Notes under the pieces: generated by a model
The model's database searches: none
What the model was told of the DNA's origin: nothing
The model's input: the letters and a program-made list of their open reading frames with translations, nothing else
Assembly (NCBI GenBank): GCA_965250285.1
Contig: OZ252299.1
Location: forward strand, 4,608,001 to 4,672,000
Direction of reading: 5' to 3'
Length of the DNA: 64,000 nucleotides
Source: Myxococcota bacterium
GTDB taxonomy: Bacteria; Myxococcota_A; UBA9160; UBA4427
In this document: positions 30,000 to 41,230 of the stretch, piece by piece
How the letters are laid out: the number at the start of each line of letters is the position of its first letter
Numbering within the stretch: position 1 is the stretch's first letter
Program-made: the position numbers and the translations under genes

Positions 30000-30701
30000 T
30001 TGCTGAGACCCATCGACCAAATCACGGGTGTTCTGCTCATGGCCATCGCGTTCGCGATGCCCGCGGGCGCCGGCGAGCCGACGAACTCCGTGCCGGCGCC
30101 GACACCCGCCGCCGCGGCTCGATCGACCGAGTCGGCGAGCCAAGCCGCTTCGTCCGGCGAGACGTCCGAGCAGGCACCGCGCTTCGGGATTCGTCCCTAC
30201 CTGCAGATCGGCGGCCTGACAGGCTTCGATCTCGATCTCGAAGAGCAGCTCAACGAAGACCTCTCGCCGAGCGCGGCGGGCTTCGAGGTCGACCCGGGCA
30301 CCGGCGTGACGCTTCGCCTGGGCGCCGCGAAGAGCATGTTCCGGGTCGAGGCCGTGCTCGACGCCATCCCGAGCTTTCGCTGGCGCTACCGGGGCGCCGA
30401 GGTCGGCAAGATCAGCCGGGTCGACATCGGCGGCAATCTGCGGCTCGACCTCCCGGTCAGCGAGCGCATCCGGCCGAACGTCATCGTCGGCGGCGGCTAC
30501 GGGATCTTGAAGTTCCGGCCCGAAGGGGGTCAGAACGTGCGATCGCTTCGAGGCGGCATCTGGCGCGGCGGCGGCGGGATCGACTTCTACTTCAGAGAGA
30601 ACGCCGCGCTCGCCCTCGAGTCGACGTTCGTCGTGACGACCGGCGAGATCCGCAACACCGACTACGTGACGCTCGGCTGGAGCTTGCTGGTCTTCTTCTG
30701 A
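30000..30701 (+). CDS. Outer-membrane beta-barrel protein, paralogue of the upstream gene
   Basis: YLQIGGLTGFD, LDAIP, GGNLRL, GGGIDFYF shared with the previous gene; terminal Phe. Confidence 0.78.
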   Translation: MLRPIDQITGVLLMAIAFAMPAGAGEPTNSVPAPTPAAAARSTESASQAASSGETSEQAPRFGIRPYLQIGGLTGFDLDLEEQLNEDLSPSAAGFEVDPGTGVTLRLGAAKSMFRVEAVLDAIPSFRWRYRGAEVGKISRVDIGGNLRLDLPVSERIRPNVIVGGGYGILKFRPEGGQNVRSLRGGIWRGGGGIDFYFRENAALALESTFVVTTGEIRNTDYVTLGWSLLVFF

Positions 30702-30731
30702 GCTCGGGCTGAGCCCGGGCGTGGGCCCGTG

Positions 30732-31262
30732 CTAGAGCAGCATCCCCTGGCTTTCGACGACAGCGGGGCGCTCCATCGCGAGCAGGCGCTGCTTGAGCTC
30801 GAGCCCGCCGGCGTAGCCCTGCAGCTGGCCGCTCGAGGCCACGACGCGATGACACGGGATGACCAGCGGGATCGGGTTCGCACCGTTCGCAGCCCCGACC
30901 GCCCGCACCGCGCTCGGCTGACCGATGGCGCGGGCGACGTCGGCGTACGACACCGTCTTGCCGTACGCCACGGCCCCGACGGCGTTGAGCACCTTCTTCT
31001 GGAAGTCGGTGCCGCGCAGGTCGAGGGGATGATCGAAGCTGCGGCGCTGGCCGTTCAAGAATTCATCGAGCTGCGCGCAGGCCTCTCGATTCGGCTCATA
31101 AGCGCTCTCGACGACGTCTTCGGGGGCGTGCCGTGCATGCCAGCCCTCGAAGCCGCGTCCGTTTGCGCGCGGCAGGCCAACATAGACGAGACCCCGCTCG
31201 CTCGAGACGACCCGCAACCGACCGATCGGCGTGTCGATCTTCGTGTCGTAGAGAATGCCCAT
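30732..31262 (-). CDS. ogt: Methylated-DNA--protein-cysteine methyltransferase
   Basis: GTDFQ, YGKTVSY, RAVGAA.GANP, IPCHRV, GYAGG. Confidence 0.95.
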   Translation of the reverse strand: MGILYDTKIDTPIGRLRVVSSERGLVYVGLPRANGRGFEGWHARHAPEDVVESAYEPNREACAQLDEFLNGQRRSFDHPLDLRGTDFQKKVLNAVGAVAYGKTVSYADVARAIGQPSAVRAVGAANGANPIPLVIPCHRVVASSGQLQGYAGGLELKQRLLAMERPAVVESQGMLL

Positions 31263-31465
31263 GCTTGCGACCCCCTGAGTGCGTTGCAGTGAACGCCCCC
31301 GATGATGCCCGCCTGCCTCCCCCCTGGCTGGCCGCATGCGGACACGGTGTTGCGGAACGTTCGGTCCCCCAGTCTACCCCGATGCGGGCAGCGCGTCGTC
31401 GCCGATCTCGATTCGGCCGCGCGGCGGACCTCGGCGCTCCCGCTCGGTCCGCGCGCTCGGCTTCG

Positions 31466-32947
<1,482 letters not shown>

Positions 32948-33036
32948 CCCCTGCAAAGCTAGCGTGTAGGGGAGAGTCGCGTCGCGGTCGCGCGGGTCAG
33001 CGGAGCTGCTCGACGAAGGCCTCGTCGCCGATTCGG

Positions 33037-33999
33037 TCAGCCCAACTTCGCCTCGACCGCATCCATGAACGTCGCCTCGAGCTTCACGCCGTCGAGGGCG
33101 TTCACCTCCTGCACGCCGGTTGGCGAAGTGACGTTGATCTCGGTCAAACGGCCGCCGATCACGTCGATCCCCACGAAGAACAGGCCATGGTCGCGCAGCA
33201 CCGGCCCAACGCGATCGATGATCGCGCGATCCTCGGGTGTGATCTCGGCCTTCGCCGCACGGCCTCCGACGTGCAGATTCGCTCGCACCTCGGCATCGGA
33301 AGGGACGCGCAGCACGGCGCCGATCGGTTCACCGTCGAGCAGCAGGATCCGCTTGTCGCCCTCGCGCACCTCGGGCAGATAGCGCTGCGCCATCGCCCAA
33401 CGCGTCCCGAAGGTCGTCGACTGCTCGAGGATCGACGAGAGGTTCCGGTCGTCGGCGTGCACGTGAAAGATGCCCTCGCCCCCCTTGCCATCGAGAGGCT
33501 TGATGATCATCTCGCCGCCGAGCTTGGCCATGAAATCACGCAGCACGGCGATCTCGCGCGTGACCGTGGTCTCGGCCATCAGGTCGGGGAAGTGCAGCGC
33601 GAAGAGCTTCTCGTTGAAGGCGAGAATGTGGCGCGGATCGTTCAGCACGAGCGTCTTGCGGCAGATGCCCAGAATCTGGGTCGACGTGACGTACACCCCC
33701 TCGACGGGCGGGTCCTTGCGCTGAAACGCGACGTCGATCTCGTCGTCGAGCACGACCGTCCGGGGGGTGCCTCGGTCGACATGGTTCCCGACCTCGGAGC
33801 GCAGGGTGACCGGCGTCACGCGCGCCGACGGCCGTCCGTCGATCACTTCGAGGTCTTCGGGCTCGCAGAACAGCACTTCGTGACCGCGCGCCTGGGCTTC
33901 GAGCATGAGGACGAGGGTCGTCGACCCCGAGACGTCCTCAGCTTCGATGGGGTCCATGACGAAGAGCATGCGGCGGGGGGCTGCGGCCAATGGGAACAT
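33037..33999 (-). CDS. gshB: Glutathione synthetase
   Basis: FVMDP, RKDPP, NEKL, KPLDGKGGEGIF, GDKRI, RANLHVGG, EINVTSPTG. Confidence 0.96.
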   Translation of the reverse strand: MFPLAAAPRRMLFVMDPIEAEDVSGSTTLVLMLEAQARGHEVLFCEPEDLEVIDGRPSARVTPVTLRSEVGNHVDRGTPRTVVLDDEIDVAFQRKDPPVEGVYVTSTQILGICRKTLVLNDPRHILAFNEKLFALHFPDLMAETTVTREIAVLRDFMAKLGGEMIIKPLDGKGGEGIFHVHADDRNLSSILEQSTTFGTRWAMAQRYLPEVREGDKRILLLDGEPIGAVLRVPSDAEVRANLHVGGRAAKAEITPEDRAIIDRVGPVLRDHGLFFVGIDVIGGRLTEINVTSPTGVQEVNALDGVKLEATFMDAVEAKLG

Positions 34000-34291
34000 C
34001 TCCGGTGCTGCCGGTTTCGGATCGGTTCGCACGCACCCGGATCGGGGGGATCCGGGCCGGCGGAGCCCCATTCGATGCCCCGCGGTGCGAGACGCTACAC
34101 CGGCCCGTGGGCGGCGGTCAGACCGTCGCGAACCGAGCCGGCCGGGTTCGAGCCACGCACCGGTCGACCGGGCGCGAAACCGGCGAGGCCGCCTCGAAGC
34201 GAGGCCACGAAGCTGCGATCCACCGCGCCCGAGCGGGGCAAATGTGCACCAGTCGGGCTAGCTTTCGGCCAATCTTGGAGAATTCGCCGCA

Positions 34292-37132
34292 ATGACCCGG
34301 TCCAGGGTGCTTCGAGCCCTGCTCGTCCTCGTTCTTCTGCTCGCTGTCGGCGCTGCCGGAGGCGCTTGGTGGTTCTACGACGCCTTCCTCCGAGATCTGC
34401 CCGACATGCGGCGCATCGAGGACTACCAGCCTGCGATGACGTCGGTCGTGCGCGACCGCGACGGTCGGCCGATCGGCGAGTTCTATGAAGAGCGCCGCCG
34501 GCTCGTGCCCATCGAAGAGATCCCGAAGCACGTGCAGCTCGCGTTCGTCGCCGCCGAGGACGGCTCGTTCTTCGAGCACGAGGGCCTCGACTACCGCGGC
34601 ATCCTGCGGGCCGCACTCGCCAACCTGCGCGCGGGCGGCGCCAAGAGCCAGGGCGCCTCGACGATCACCCAGCAGATGGTGAAGAGCCTGCTGCTCACGC
34701 CCGAGAAGACCTACCGCCGCAAGATCCGCGAGATGTTCCTCGCCCGCGACATCGAGAAGAGCTTCACGAAGGACGAGATCCTCTACCTCTATCTCAACCA
34801 GATCTACTTCGGTCAGGGCGCGTGGGGCATCGAGGAGGCCGCGCGCACCTATTTCGGCAAGCACGTCGGCGAGCTGACCGTGAGCGAAGCCGCGATGCTG
34901 GCGGGCCTGCCCCAGCGCCCGAGCGAGTACTCGCCCTATCGAAACCCCGAGTCGGCCGAACGCCGGCGGCGCTACGTGCTCGGCCGCATGTTCGAAGACG
35001 AGATCATCGACGAGGACATGTACGAGGCCGCGCTGCTCGAACGGCCCGAGCTCGCCAGCCCGCCCGAGCAGGAGCACTACGCGGCGGCGGCCCACTTCAC
35101 CGAGCTGGTGCGCCGATACCTCTACGATCGACTGGGCGGCGACGCGGTGCTCGAAGGCGGCCTCACGATCGAGACCACCATCGACCTCGATCTGCAGCTC
35201 GCCGCCGTCGACGCCGTTCGCAGCGGTCTCGAAGCGCACGACCATCGCCAGGGCTATCGCGGCGTGCAGCGCACGGCGAAGCGCGGCGAGATCGATGCGG
35301 CCGTCGCCGAGGCCGCCGAGGCGAACGCCGATCTCTACGTCAAGGTGACCGCGGTCGATGTCGGTCTCGAGCCGGCGCCCGACGCCGAGACGCTGGGGGT
35401 CGAAGACGAAGCCGAGGTCGTCGAAGCACCCGCGCACGTCGTCGATGCCGAGAGCGAGACCATCGAGGTCGCCGAAGTCGACGAAGCCGAGGCGGACACC
35501 GAGGTCGATGCGGGCGAGATGCCCCTCGTGGTGCCCGAGCCCGAGGCGATCGCCCTCGACGTTCCCTTCGACGAGCCGGTGCTCGGCGTCGTCGTCGAGG
35601 TCGACCGCAAGGCCGAGCTCGCGAAGGTGGCCCTCGGAGAGGGGCTGGTCGGCACCCTCGCGCTGGCCGACGTCGACTGGGCGAGAAAACCGAACCCGAA
35701 GCGACGCCCGATCAAGGTGTCGCGCATCGACTGGATCGTGAAGGTCGGCGACGTGGCCGAGTTCGTCCGGCTGCCCGACCTGACGCCCGAACAGATCGAG
35801 GACGACGACCGCTCCGAGCCCGAGATGCGGCCGATCTACGATCCCACGATCGAACCCGAGGTGCTGGCGCAGCTCGAATCCGAAGACGCCCTGCCCGAGC
35901 CCATTGCCGAGCTGCCCGTCGCGCGACTCGATCTGTATCAGGTGCCCAGCGTGCAGGGCTCGCTGCTCTCGATGGAGGTCGAGACCGGTGATGTGCTCGC
36001 GCTCGTCGGCGGCTACGACTACGCAGCGAGCGAGTTCAACCGCGCGGTCCAGGCCAAGCGTCAGCCCGGCTCGGCGTTCAAGCCTTTCATCTATGGCGCG
36101 GCCCTCGCGAAGGACTACACGCCGGTCTCCGAGGTCGTCGACCGACCGGTGGTCTACACCGATCCGGTGTCGGGCTTCGTCTGGGCGCCGCGCAACTACG
36201 GTCGCCGCTTCTACGGCCCGATGCCGCTGCGCAACGCGCTCAAGAAGTCGGTCAACAACGCGACGGTGCATCTCTTCAGAGAAGTGGGCGTCGACTACGT
36301 GATCGACTACGCACGTCGGCTCGGCATTCAGGCGCCGCTTTCGCGCGACCTGTCGCTCGCGCTCGGCTCGAGTGCAGTCACGCTGCTCGAGCTGACCACG
36401 GCCTACGCGGTCTTCCCGAACCACGGCCACCGGGTGCTGCCCCGCTTCATCACGAAGGTCACCGCCGCCGACGGCACGGTGCTGCTCGAAGACGTGCCGC
36501 TGGGGCCGCCCCCGCCGCCGGTACTGCGACCGCTCGAAGACGGGTTCGCTGCGGCCGAAGTCGACGTCGCGCCCGGCGCGAGCGCCGTGCGCACGACCGC
36601 GATCGAGGATCTCGACGTGTATCCCGACAGCGAGATCATGCCGACGAACGAGATCATCAGTGAGGCGCAGGCCTACCTCATGTGCGACCTGCTGCGGGCC
36701 GTGGTGCAGGAGGGAACGGGGCAGCGACTCAAGCGCCTCGGCCGACCGCTCGCCGGAAAGACGGGCACCACCAACGAGCAGGGCGACGCCTGGTTCATGG
36801 GCTTCTCACCCGAGATCGTGACCGGCGTCTGGGTCGGCCACGACGACAACACCGTGCTCGGCTGGGGGGAGACGGGCGCCGGAGCCGCGCTGCCGATCTG
36901 GGGCGACTTCATGAAGGTCGCGCTCAAGGGGCGGCCGATTCGCGACTTCGACGTGCCCGACGAGAACATCGTGTTCGAGCGCATCGACCGCGACACCGGC
37001 CTGGTCGCCGACTCGAGCACGATGAACGCCTACTTCCAGCCTTTCATTGCGGGCACGCAGCCCCAGAGCACGGTGAGCGACCGACGTACGGCGAGCGACG
37101 CCGAAGAGGCGCTCCGCGAAGACCTCTTCTGA
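34292..37132 (+). CDS. mrcA: Class A penicillin-binding protein 1A
   Basis: AAED..F..H.G, QGASTITQQ, RKIRE, YLNQIY; transpeptidase SAFK, SVN, KTGT. Confidence 0.95.
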   Translation: MTRSRVLRALLVLVLLLAVGAAGGAWWFYDAFLRDLPDMRRIEDYQPAMTSVVRDRDGRPIGEFYEERRRLVPIEEIPKHVQLAFVAAEDGSFFEHEGLDYRGILRAALANLRAGGAKSQGASTITQQMVKSLLLTPEKTYRRKIREMFLARDIEKSFTKDEILYLYLNQIYFGQGAWGIEEAARTYFGKHVGELTVSEAAMLAGLPQRPSEYSPYRNPESAERRRRYVLGRMFEDEIIDEDMYEAALLERPELASPPEQEHYAAAAHFTELVRRYLYDRLGGDAVLEGGLTIETTIDLDLQLAAVDAVRSGLEAHDHRQGYRGVQRTAKRGEIDAAVAEAAEANADLYVKVTAVDVGLEPAPDAETLGVEDEAEVVEAPAHVVDAESETIEVAEVDEAEADTEVDAGEMPLVVPEPEAIALDVPFDEPVLGVVVEVDRKAELAKVALGEGLVGTLALADVDWARKPNPKRRPIKVSRIDWIVKVGDVAEFVRLPDLTPEQIEDDDRSEPEMRPIYDPTIEPEVLAQLESEDALPEPIAELPVARLDLYQVPSVQGSLLSMEVETGDVLALVGGYDYAASEFNRAVQAKRQPGSAFKPFIYGAALAKDYTPVSEVVDRPVVYTDPVSGFVWAPRNYGRRFYGPMPLRNALKKSVNNATVHLFREVGVDYVIDYARRLGIQAPLSRDLSLALGSSAVTLLELTTAYAVFPNHGHRVLPRFITKVTAADGTVLLEDVPLGPPPPPVLRPLEDGFAAAEVDVAPGASAVRTTAIEDLDVYPDSEIMPTNEIISEAQAYLMCDLLRAVVQEGTGQRLKRLGRPLAGKTGTTNEQGDAWFMGFSPEIVTGVWVGHDDNTVLGWGETGAGAALPIWGDFMKVALKGRPIRDFDVPDENIVFERIDRDTGLVADSSTMNAYFQPFIAGTQPQSTVSDRRTASDAEEALREDLF

Positions 37133-37169
37133 ACGCGCACTCGATTCGAGTGCGTGGCTCGGCCACCGC

Positions 37170-37199
37170 TTGACAGCGACCCCGCGGCCGCGATAGCAA
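37170..37199 (+). promoter_or_regulatory. Sigma-70-type promoter of the histidine kinase gene
   Basis: TTGACA-N18-TAGCAA, 7 nt before the ATG at 37207. Confidence 0.45.
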
Positions 37200-37206
37200 C
37201 CCGGCC

Positions 37207-38607
37207 ATGGGGGAGAACGAGGTCGGTCCTGGGAGATGGCCGGCGCGGGGTTCGTCGCATCGACGCCCGCGCGACCAGTCTCCGCGCGCGCTCATTGACG
37301 CCGTGTTTCCGGCCGCCGGAGACGACGCGCACGCCCCCACCGAGCCGGGCAGCTGGCAGCGGCCCGAGGCCGAGGCGAAGTCGGCGCGGCCCGGCGCCGC
37401 CGAGACACGTCGGGTCGAACCGCCCCCGCGCCGCCCGGCGCCCGAGCCGCCGGCGACCGAGACCGACGACTTCCAGGCCATCTGCCAGCAGGCACTCCAT
37501 GCCGCCTGTGAATCGCTGGCGCTCGACGTCGGGCTCGTGCTGCAGCGTGATGCCGCCGGCGAGGCCGTTCAGCCCCTGGCGTCTTTCGCGCGCGCCGGCG
37601 TTCCCCGCACGCCCGAACGGGGTGAGCTCGCGCTGCTGTGGCGACAGCAACGCGCGATCGATCTCGGCGAGCCGACCCTGCCCGAGCTGGCGCGACTCTT
37701 CGCTCAGCGCACCGGCTTCAGCGCGGTGCGGGCGCTCTCGCGAACGCCTTCTTCGCCCGGCCTGCTGCTGCTCGTCGGCGGAGCCGACGATCGCCTCGGC
37801 CGAGTGCGGCCTCGCACGCTGGCGCGCCTCGACGCCCTCGCGAGCCAGCTCGAGGTGCCCCTCGAGCGCGACCGCACCGTCGCGCGCATCGGCGAGCTCG
37901 ACGATGCCGTCAAGCGGCTCGATCGACTGGCGCTGCTCGGCTCGCTCGTCGCCGAGGTGATCCACGAGGTGCGAAACCCCCTCGTGTCGATCAAGACCTT
38001 CCTCGAGCTGCTGCCCCAACGGCTCGACGATCCCGAGTTTCACGATTCGTTTCGCGGCCTGGTGCTCGACGAGGTGTTCCGGCTCGAGCGACTGCTCGAC
38101 GAGGTGCTCGCCCATGCGCGCCCAGGCCACCATGCGCCCCGCCCCGAAGACGCCGACATCGCCGACGCACTCCAGGGGCTCGAGCAGCTGCTCGCGCACC
38201 GCGCGCGCGAAGCCGGCGTGACGCTGATCGCCGAGCCGGTCGACACCGCCTTCGGCATCGCGGCGCTCTCACCCGACGCGCTTCGCCAGGTGCTGCTCAA
38301 CCTCTGCGTCAACGCCATCGAGGCGTGCGGCGAGAATGGCACGGTGCGCGTGAGCGCACGCCGCCGCGCGAACGGAGGCGGCGAAGATCACGTCGAGATC
38401 TGGGTCGAGGACGACGGGCCCGGCATCGACGCCCTCGACCGCGAGCTCGTGTTCGAGCCGTTCCACTCGAGCCGCAGTGATGCGCCCGGCGGGCTCGGGC
38501 TCGCCATCTCGCGGCGGCTCGCCGAGGAGGCAGGCGGCCGGCTCTTCGTCGCGCAGGCGACCGAGGGCGGCGCGCGCTTCGTGCTGCGGCTGCCGGCCGG
38601 GGGCTGA
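37207..38607 (+). CDS. Cytoplasmic sensor histidine kinase
   Basis: H-box HEVRNPL, N-box QVLLNLCVNAIEA, DDGPGI, FEPF, GLGL; no transmembrane segment seen. Confidence 0.9.
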   Translation: MGENEVGPGRWPARGSSHRRPRDQSPRALIDAVFPAAGDDAHAPTEPGSWQRPEAEAKSARPGAAETRRVEPPPRRPAPEPPATETDDFQAICQQALHAACESLALDVGLVLQRDAAGEAVQPLASFARAGVPRTPERGELALLWRQQRAIDLGEPTLPELARLFAQRTGFSAVRALSRTPSSPGLLLLVGGADDRLGRVRPRTLARLDALASQLEVPLERDRTVARIGELDDAVKRLDRLALLGSLVAEVIHEVRNPLVSIKTFLELLPQRLDDPEFHDSFRGLVLDEVFRLERLLDEVLAHARPGHHAPRPEDADIADALQGLEQLLAHRAREAGVTLIAEPVDTAFGIAALSPDALRQVLLNLCVNAIEACGENGTVRVSARRRANGGGEDHVEIWVEDDGPGIDALDRELVFEPFHSSRSDAPGGLGLAISRRLAEEAGGRLFVAQATEGGARFVLRLPAGG

Positions 38608-38627
38608 ATCCCTGGCCCACCGCACCG

Positions 38628-39281
38628 CTAGCGCCTGCGGTCCAGGAAAGCGTCGACCGCGCGGCGCAGCTCGGTCAGGTGCATCATGAAGAAGTGATCG
38701 GCGCCCTCGAGGATCTCGAGTGTGATGCCATCGCGCTCGGCCGCCCACTGCGCGAGCACGTCGACATCGACGAATCGGTCGCTGTCGCCCGTCACCATCA
38801 AGATCTCGCCATCGAAGCCCGCGACGAGCGACGCATCGATGAGGGCCGGCGGCGGTGCGACGAGCACGAGTCGCTTGAGCCCACGCGCGGTGCGGGTCGC
38901 GCGCAGCGCGGTCGCCGCGCCGAACGAGTAACCCATGGCCATGACCGGACCGTTCACGGTCTCGCGCAGGAACGCCAGCGACGCCGCGAAGTCGACGTCG
39001 GCATCGGCCTCGTCGCCGCTGGGCGTGCCCGCGCTGCCGCCGACGCCCCGCCAGTTGAAGCGAAGACTCGACAGGCCGGCGGCGTCGAGCGCAAAGGCCA
39101 GCTCGGTGACCACGGGCGATTCCATGCTGCCGCCCATTAGCGGGTGGGGCGCCGCCACGACGCCGCCCGCGCAGTCGGGCTGCTCGGTCGCCGGCACCAA
39201 CAGGCCCTCGAGTGCCGCGCCCGCGCCGAGCGCAGCGTCGGGGAGCGCGATGGTCGCGGGCTGTTCGAAGGCTCTGGGCAT
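38628..39281 (-). CDS. Alpha/beta hydrolase
   Basis: PHPLMGGSM, LRFNWRGVGGS, GYSFG, GDSD, GADHFF. Confidence 0.9.
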   Translation of the reverse strand: MPRAFEQPATIALPDAALGAGAALEGLLVPATEQPDCAGGVVAAPHPLMGGSMESPVVTELAFALDAAGLSSLRFNWRGVGGSAGTPSGDEADADVDFAASLAFLRETVNGPVMAMGYSFGAATALRATRTARGLKRLVLVAPPPALIDASLVAGFDGEILMVTGDSDRFVDVDVLAQWAAERDGITLEILEGADHFFMMHLTELRRAVDAFLDRRR

Positions 39282-39435
39282 CGACGAGGCTCCGGTATCG
39301 GACGCGTCGAGATCGCACCGCCGACTCGGTCGGGCTGCATGACGCGTCGAGGCCGGCCGAGCATAGGTCATGACGCGCGTCATCCCGTCGACCGCTGCGC
39401 GGGCGCCGCGCTACACCCTGCGCAGAGGAGAACCC

Positions 39436-39969
39436 ATGTCCGATGCCGAAGCGCCGCCCGTCCGCCGATCCGCGGCCTGGCTCAAGATCGTCACCGAAGA
39501 CGTCGTGCTGCCGAACGGTCAGCGCACCGCGCTCGATGTGATCCGGCACCCGGGCGCCTCGGCCGTCGTGCCCTTTCTCGCCGACGACGAGGTGCTCCTG
39601 ATCCAGCAATACCGGTATGCCGCGGGCGGCACGATCTGGGAGGTGCCGGCCGGCAAGCTCGACCCGGGCGAGTCGCCCGATGTCTGCGCGGCGCGCGAGC
39701 TCGAAGAAGAGACGGGCTACCGCGCGGGTGAGATCGTTCCGCTCGGCTCGATCCTCACGACGCCCGGGTTCACCGACGAACGCATCCACCTGTTCGAGGC
39801 GAATCGCCTCGAGCCCGCGACCCAGAAGCTCGACAGCGATGAGGTCATCGAGCTGGTGCCGATGCCGCTCAGCGCCGCGCTCGAACTGGTCTGGAGTGGG
39901 CAGATGGTCGACGGCAAGAGCATCGTCGCCCTGGTGAAGGCAGCGCGTCGCCGGGGCTTCCTCGCTTGA
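39436..39969 (+). CDS. NUDIX hydrolase (ADP-ribose pyrophosphatase-like)
   Basis: HPGAS, QYRY, EVPAGKLD.GE....AARELEEETG; AGGAG upstream. Confidence 0.93.
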   Translation: MSDAEAPPVRRSAAWLKIVTEDVVLPNGQRTALDVIRHPGASAVVPFLADDEVLLIQQYRYAAGGTIWEVPAGKLDPGESPDVCAARELEEETGYRAGEIVPLGSILTTPGFTDERIHLFEANRLEPATQKLDSDEVIELVPMPLSAALELVWSGQMVDGKSIVALVKAARRRGFLA

Positions 39970-40119
39970 CGCAGCGCGTGATCGCCGGCGAATCCCGGCG
40001 AAATCGGGTCCGCTCGGGGCCGGCCGAGCGTTCGAACGGCCCTGAGTGCTCTCAGCCCCACCTCACCTCTTGTCGAGATTTGCAGCCCTGCTGAAGTGCC
40101 CTGCAGCAGCACTGCGGCG

Positions 40120-40148
40120 TTGACTGAACCCCGCATGATTTCTAAGTT
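40120..40148 (+). promoter_or_regulatory. Sigma-70-type promoter
   Basis: TTGACT-N17-TAAGTT, about 220 nt upstream of the rhomboid start. Confidence 0.6.
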
Positions 40149-40368
40149 TTTCGGCGTTCGACGGGATCTCGCGCCCATCCCGCCGACCCGTTTGGGTAAC
40201 AGTCGGCAGCGCCGTGATCGACACGCGCGAATGTCGGCCCAAAAGCCATGCGTGATGCGCGACACCTCGTGGTCGCGCGACACGATCGATCGACCGATCA
40301 GTGCTTTGCACGCGCGTCGGCATCGAAGGCAGTCCCGACCCGGTCGGTTTTGAGGAGCACGCTCGAAC

Positions 40369-41142
40369 GTGTACGGACGCGGAAATCAGCTCGGCTTCGG
40401 GCCCCCCGTTACGCCCGACATCATCAAGACGTTGCTGATCGCAAACGGTCTCGTGTACATCGCCCAGTACGCGACGGGCGGGTATGGCGGACTCGTCGAG
40501 ACGCTGGGCGTCGTCGTGCCCTCGGCGGTCTGGCTCGATCTCCAGATCTGGCGGCCCTTCACGTACATGTGGCTGCACAGCACGGCGTCACCGCTGCACA
40601 TCATCTTCAACATGCTGATGCTGTGGATGTTCGGGTCGCCGCTCGCGCTGGTCTGGGGTGACCAGCGCTTCCTGCGCTTCTATCTCACGTGCGGCGTCGG
40701 CGCCGGCATCCTGATCGCCAGCGTGCCCTTCGTGCCCTACCTGCTCGGGCTCTCCGATTACATCATGAACGTGCCGACGCTCGGCGCGTCGGGCGCGGTC
40801 ATCGGCGTCATTGTCGCCTACAGCTTCACCTGGCCCGATCGAACGATCATGCTGCTGATTCCGCCGATGCCGATCCGCGCGATCTGGCTCGTGCCGCTGA
40901 TCCTCGTGATGGATTTCGTCGTCGGTCCGGGCAACGTCAGCCACGTCGGCCACATCGGCGGTGCGGTCATTGGCTGGGTCTACCTCGTCCGTGAAGGACG
41001 AACACCAGGCGCCCCCACATTCCAATCGCTCAAACACCGCTGGCGTAGATACCAGATGCGGCAACGCATTCGGGTGGCTCACGAAGAGGAGCAGCGCAAG
41101 CGTTGGGAGGACGAACGCCGGGGGCCGCCGCGCTTCCATTGA
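40369..41142 (+). CDS. Rhomboid intramembrane serine protease
   Basis: WRPFTYMWLH, HIIFNM, GASG, HVGHIGG; GAGGAG upstream. Confidence 0.93.
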   Translation: MYGRGNQLGFGPPVTPDIIKTLLIANGLVYIAQYATGGYGGLVETLGVVVPSAVWLDLQIWRPFTYMWLHSTASPLHIIFNMLMLWMFGSPLALVWGDQRFLRFYLTCGVGAGILIASVPFVPYLLGLSDYIMNVPTLGASGAVIGVIVAYSFTWPDRTIMLLIPPMPIRAIWLVPLILVMDFVVGPGNVSHVGHIGGAVIGWVYLVREGRTPGAPTFQSLKHRWRRYQMRQRIRVAHEEEQRKRWEDERRGPPRFH

Positions 41143-41230
41143 CGTCCCCCGGCGCGCGGCTCTGAGCCTGTGCGCGCTGAGGTCGTCTGGATCGAGGAGC
41201 GGGCACCCCCCCACCGGCTTCGAGAACACC

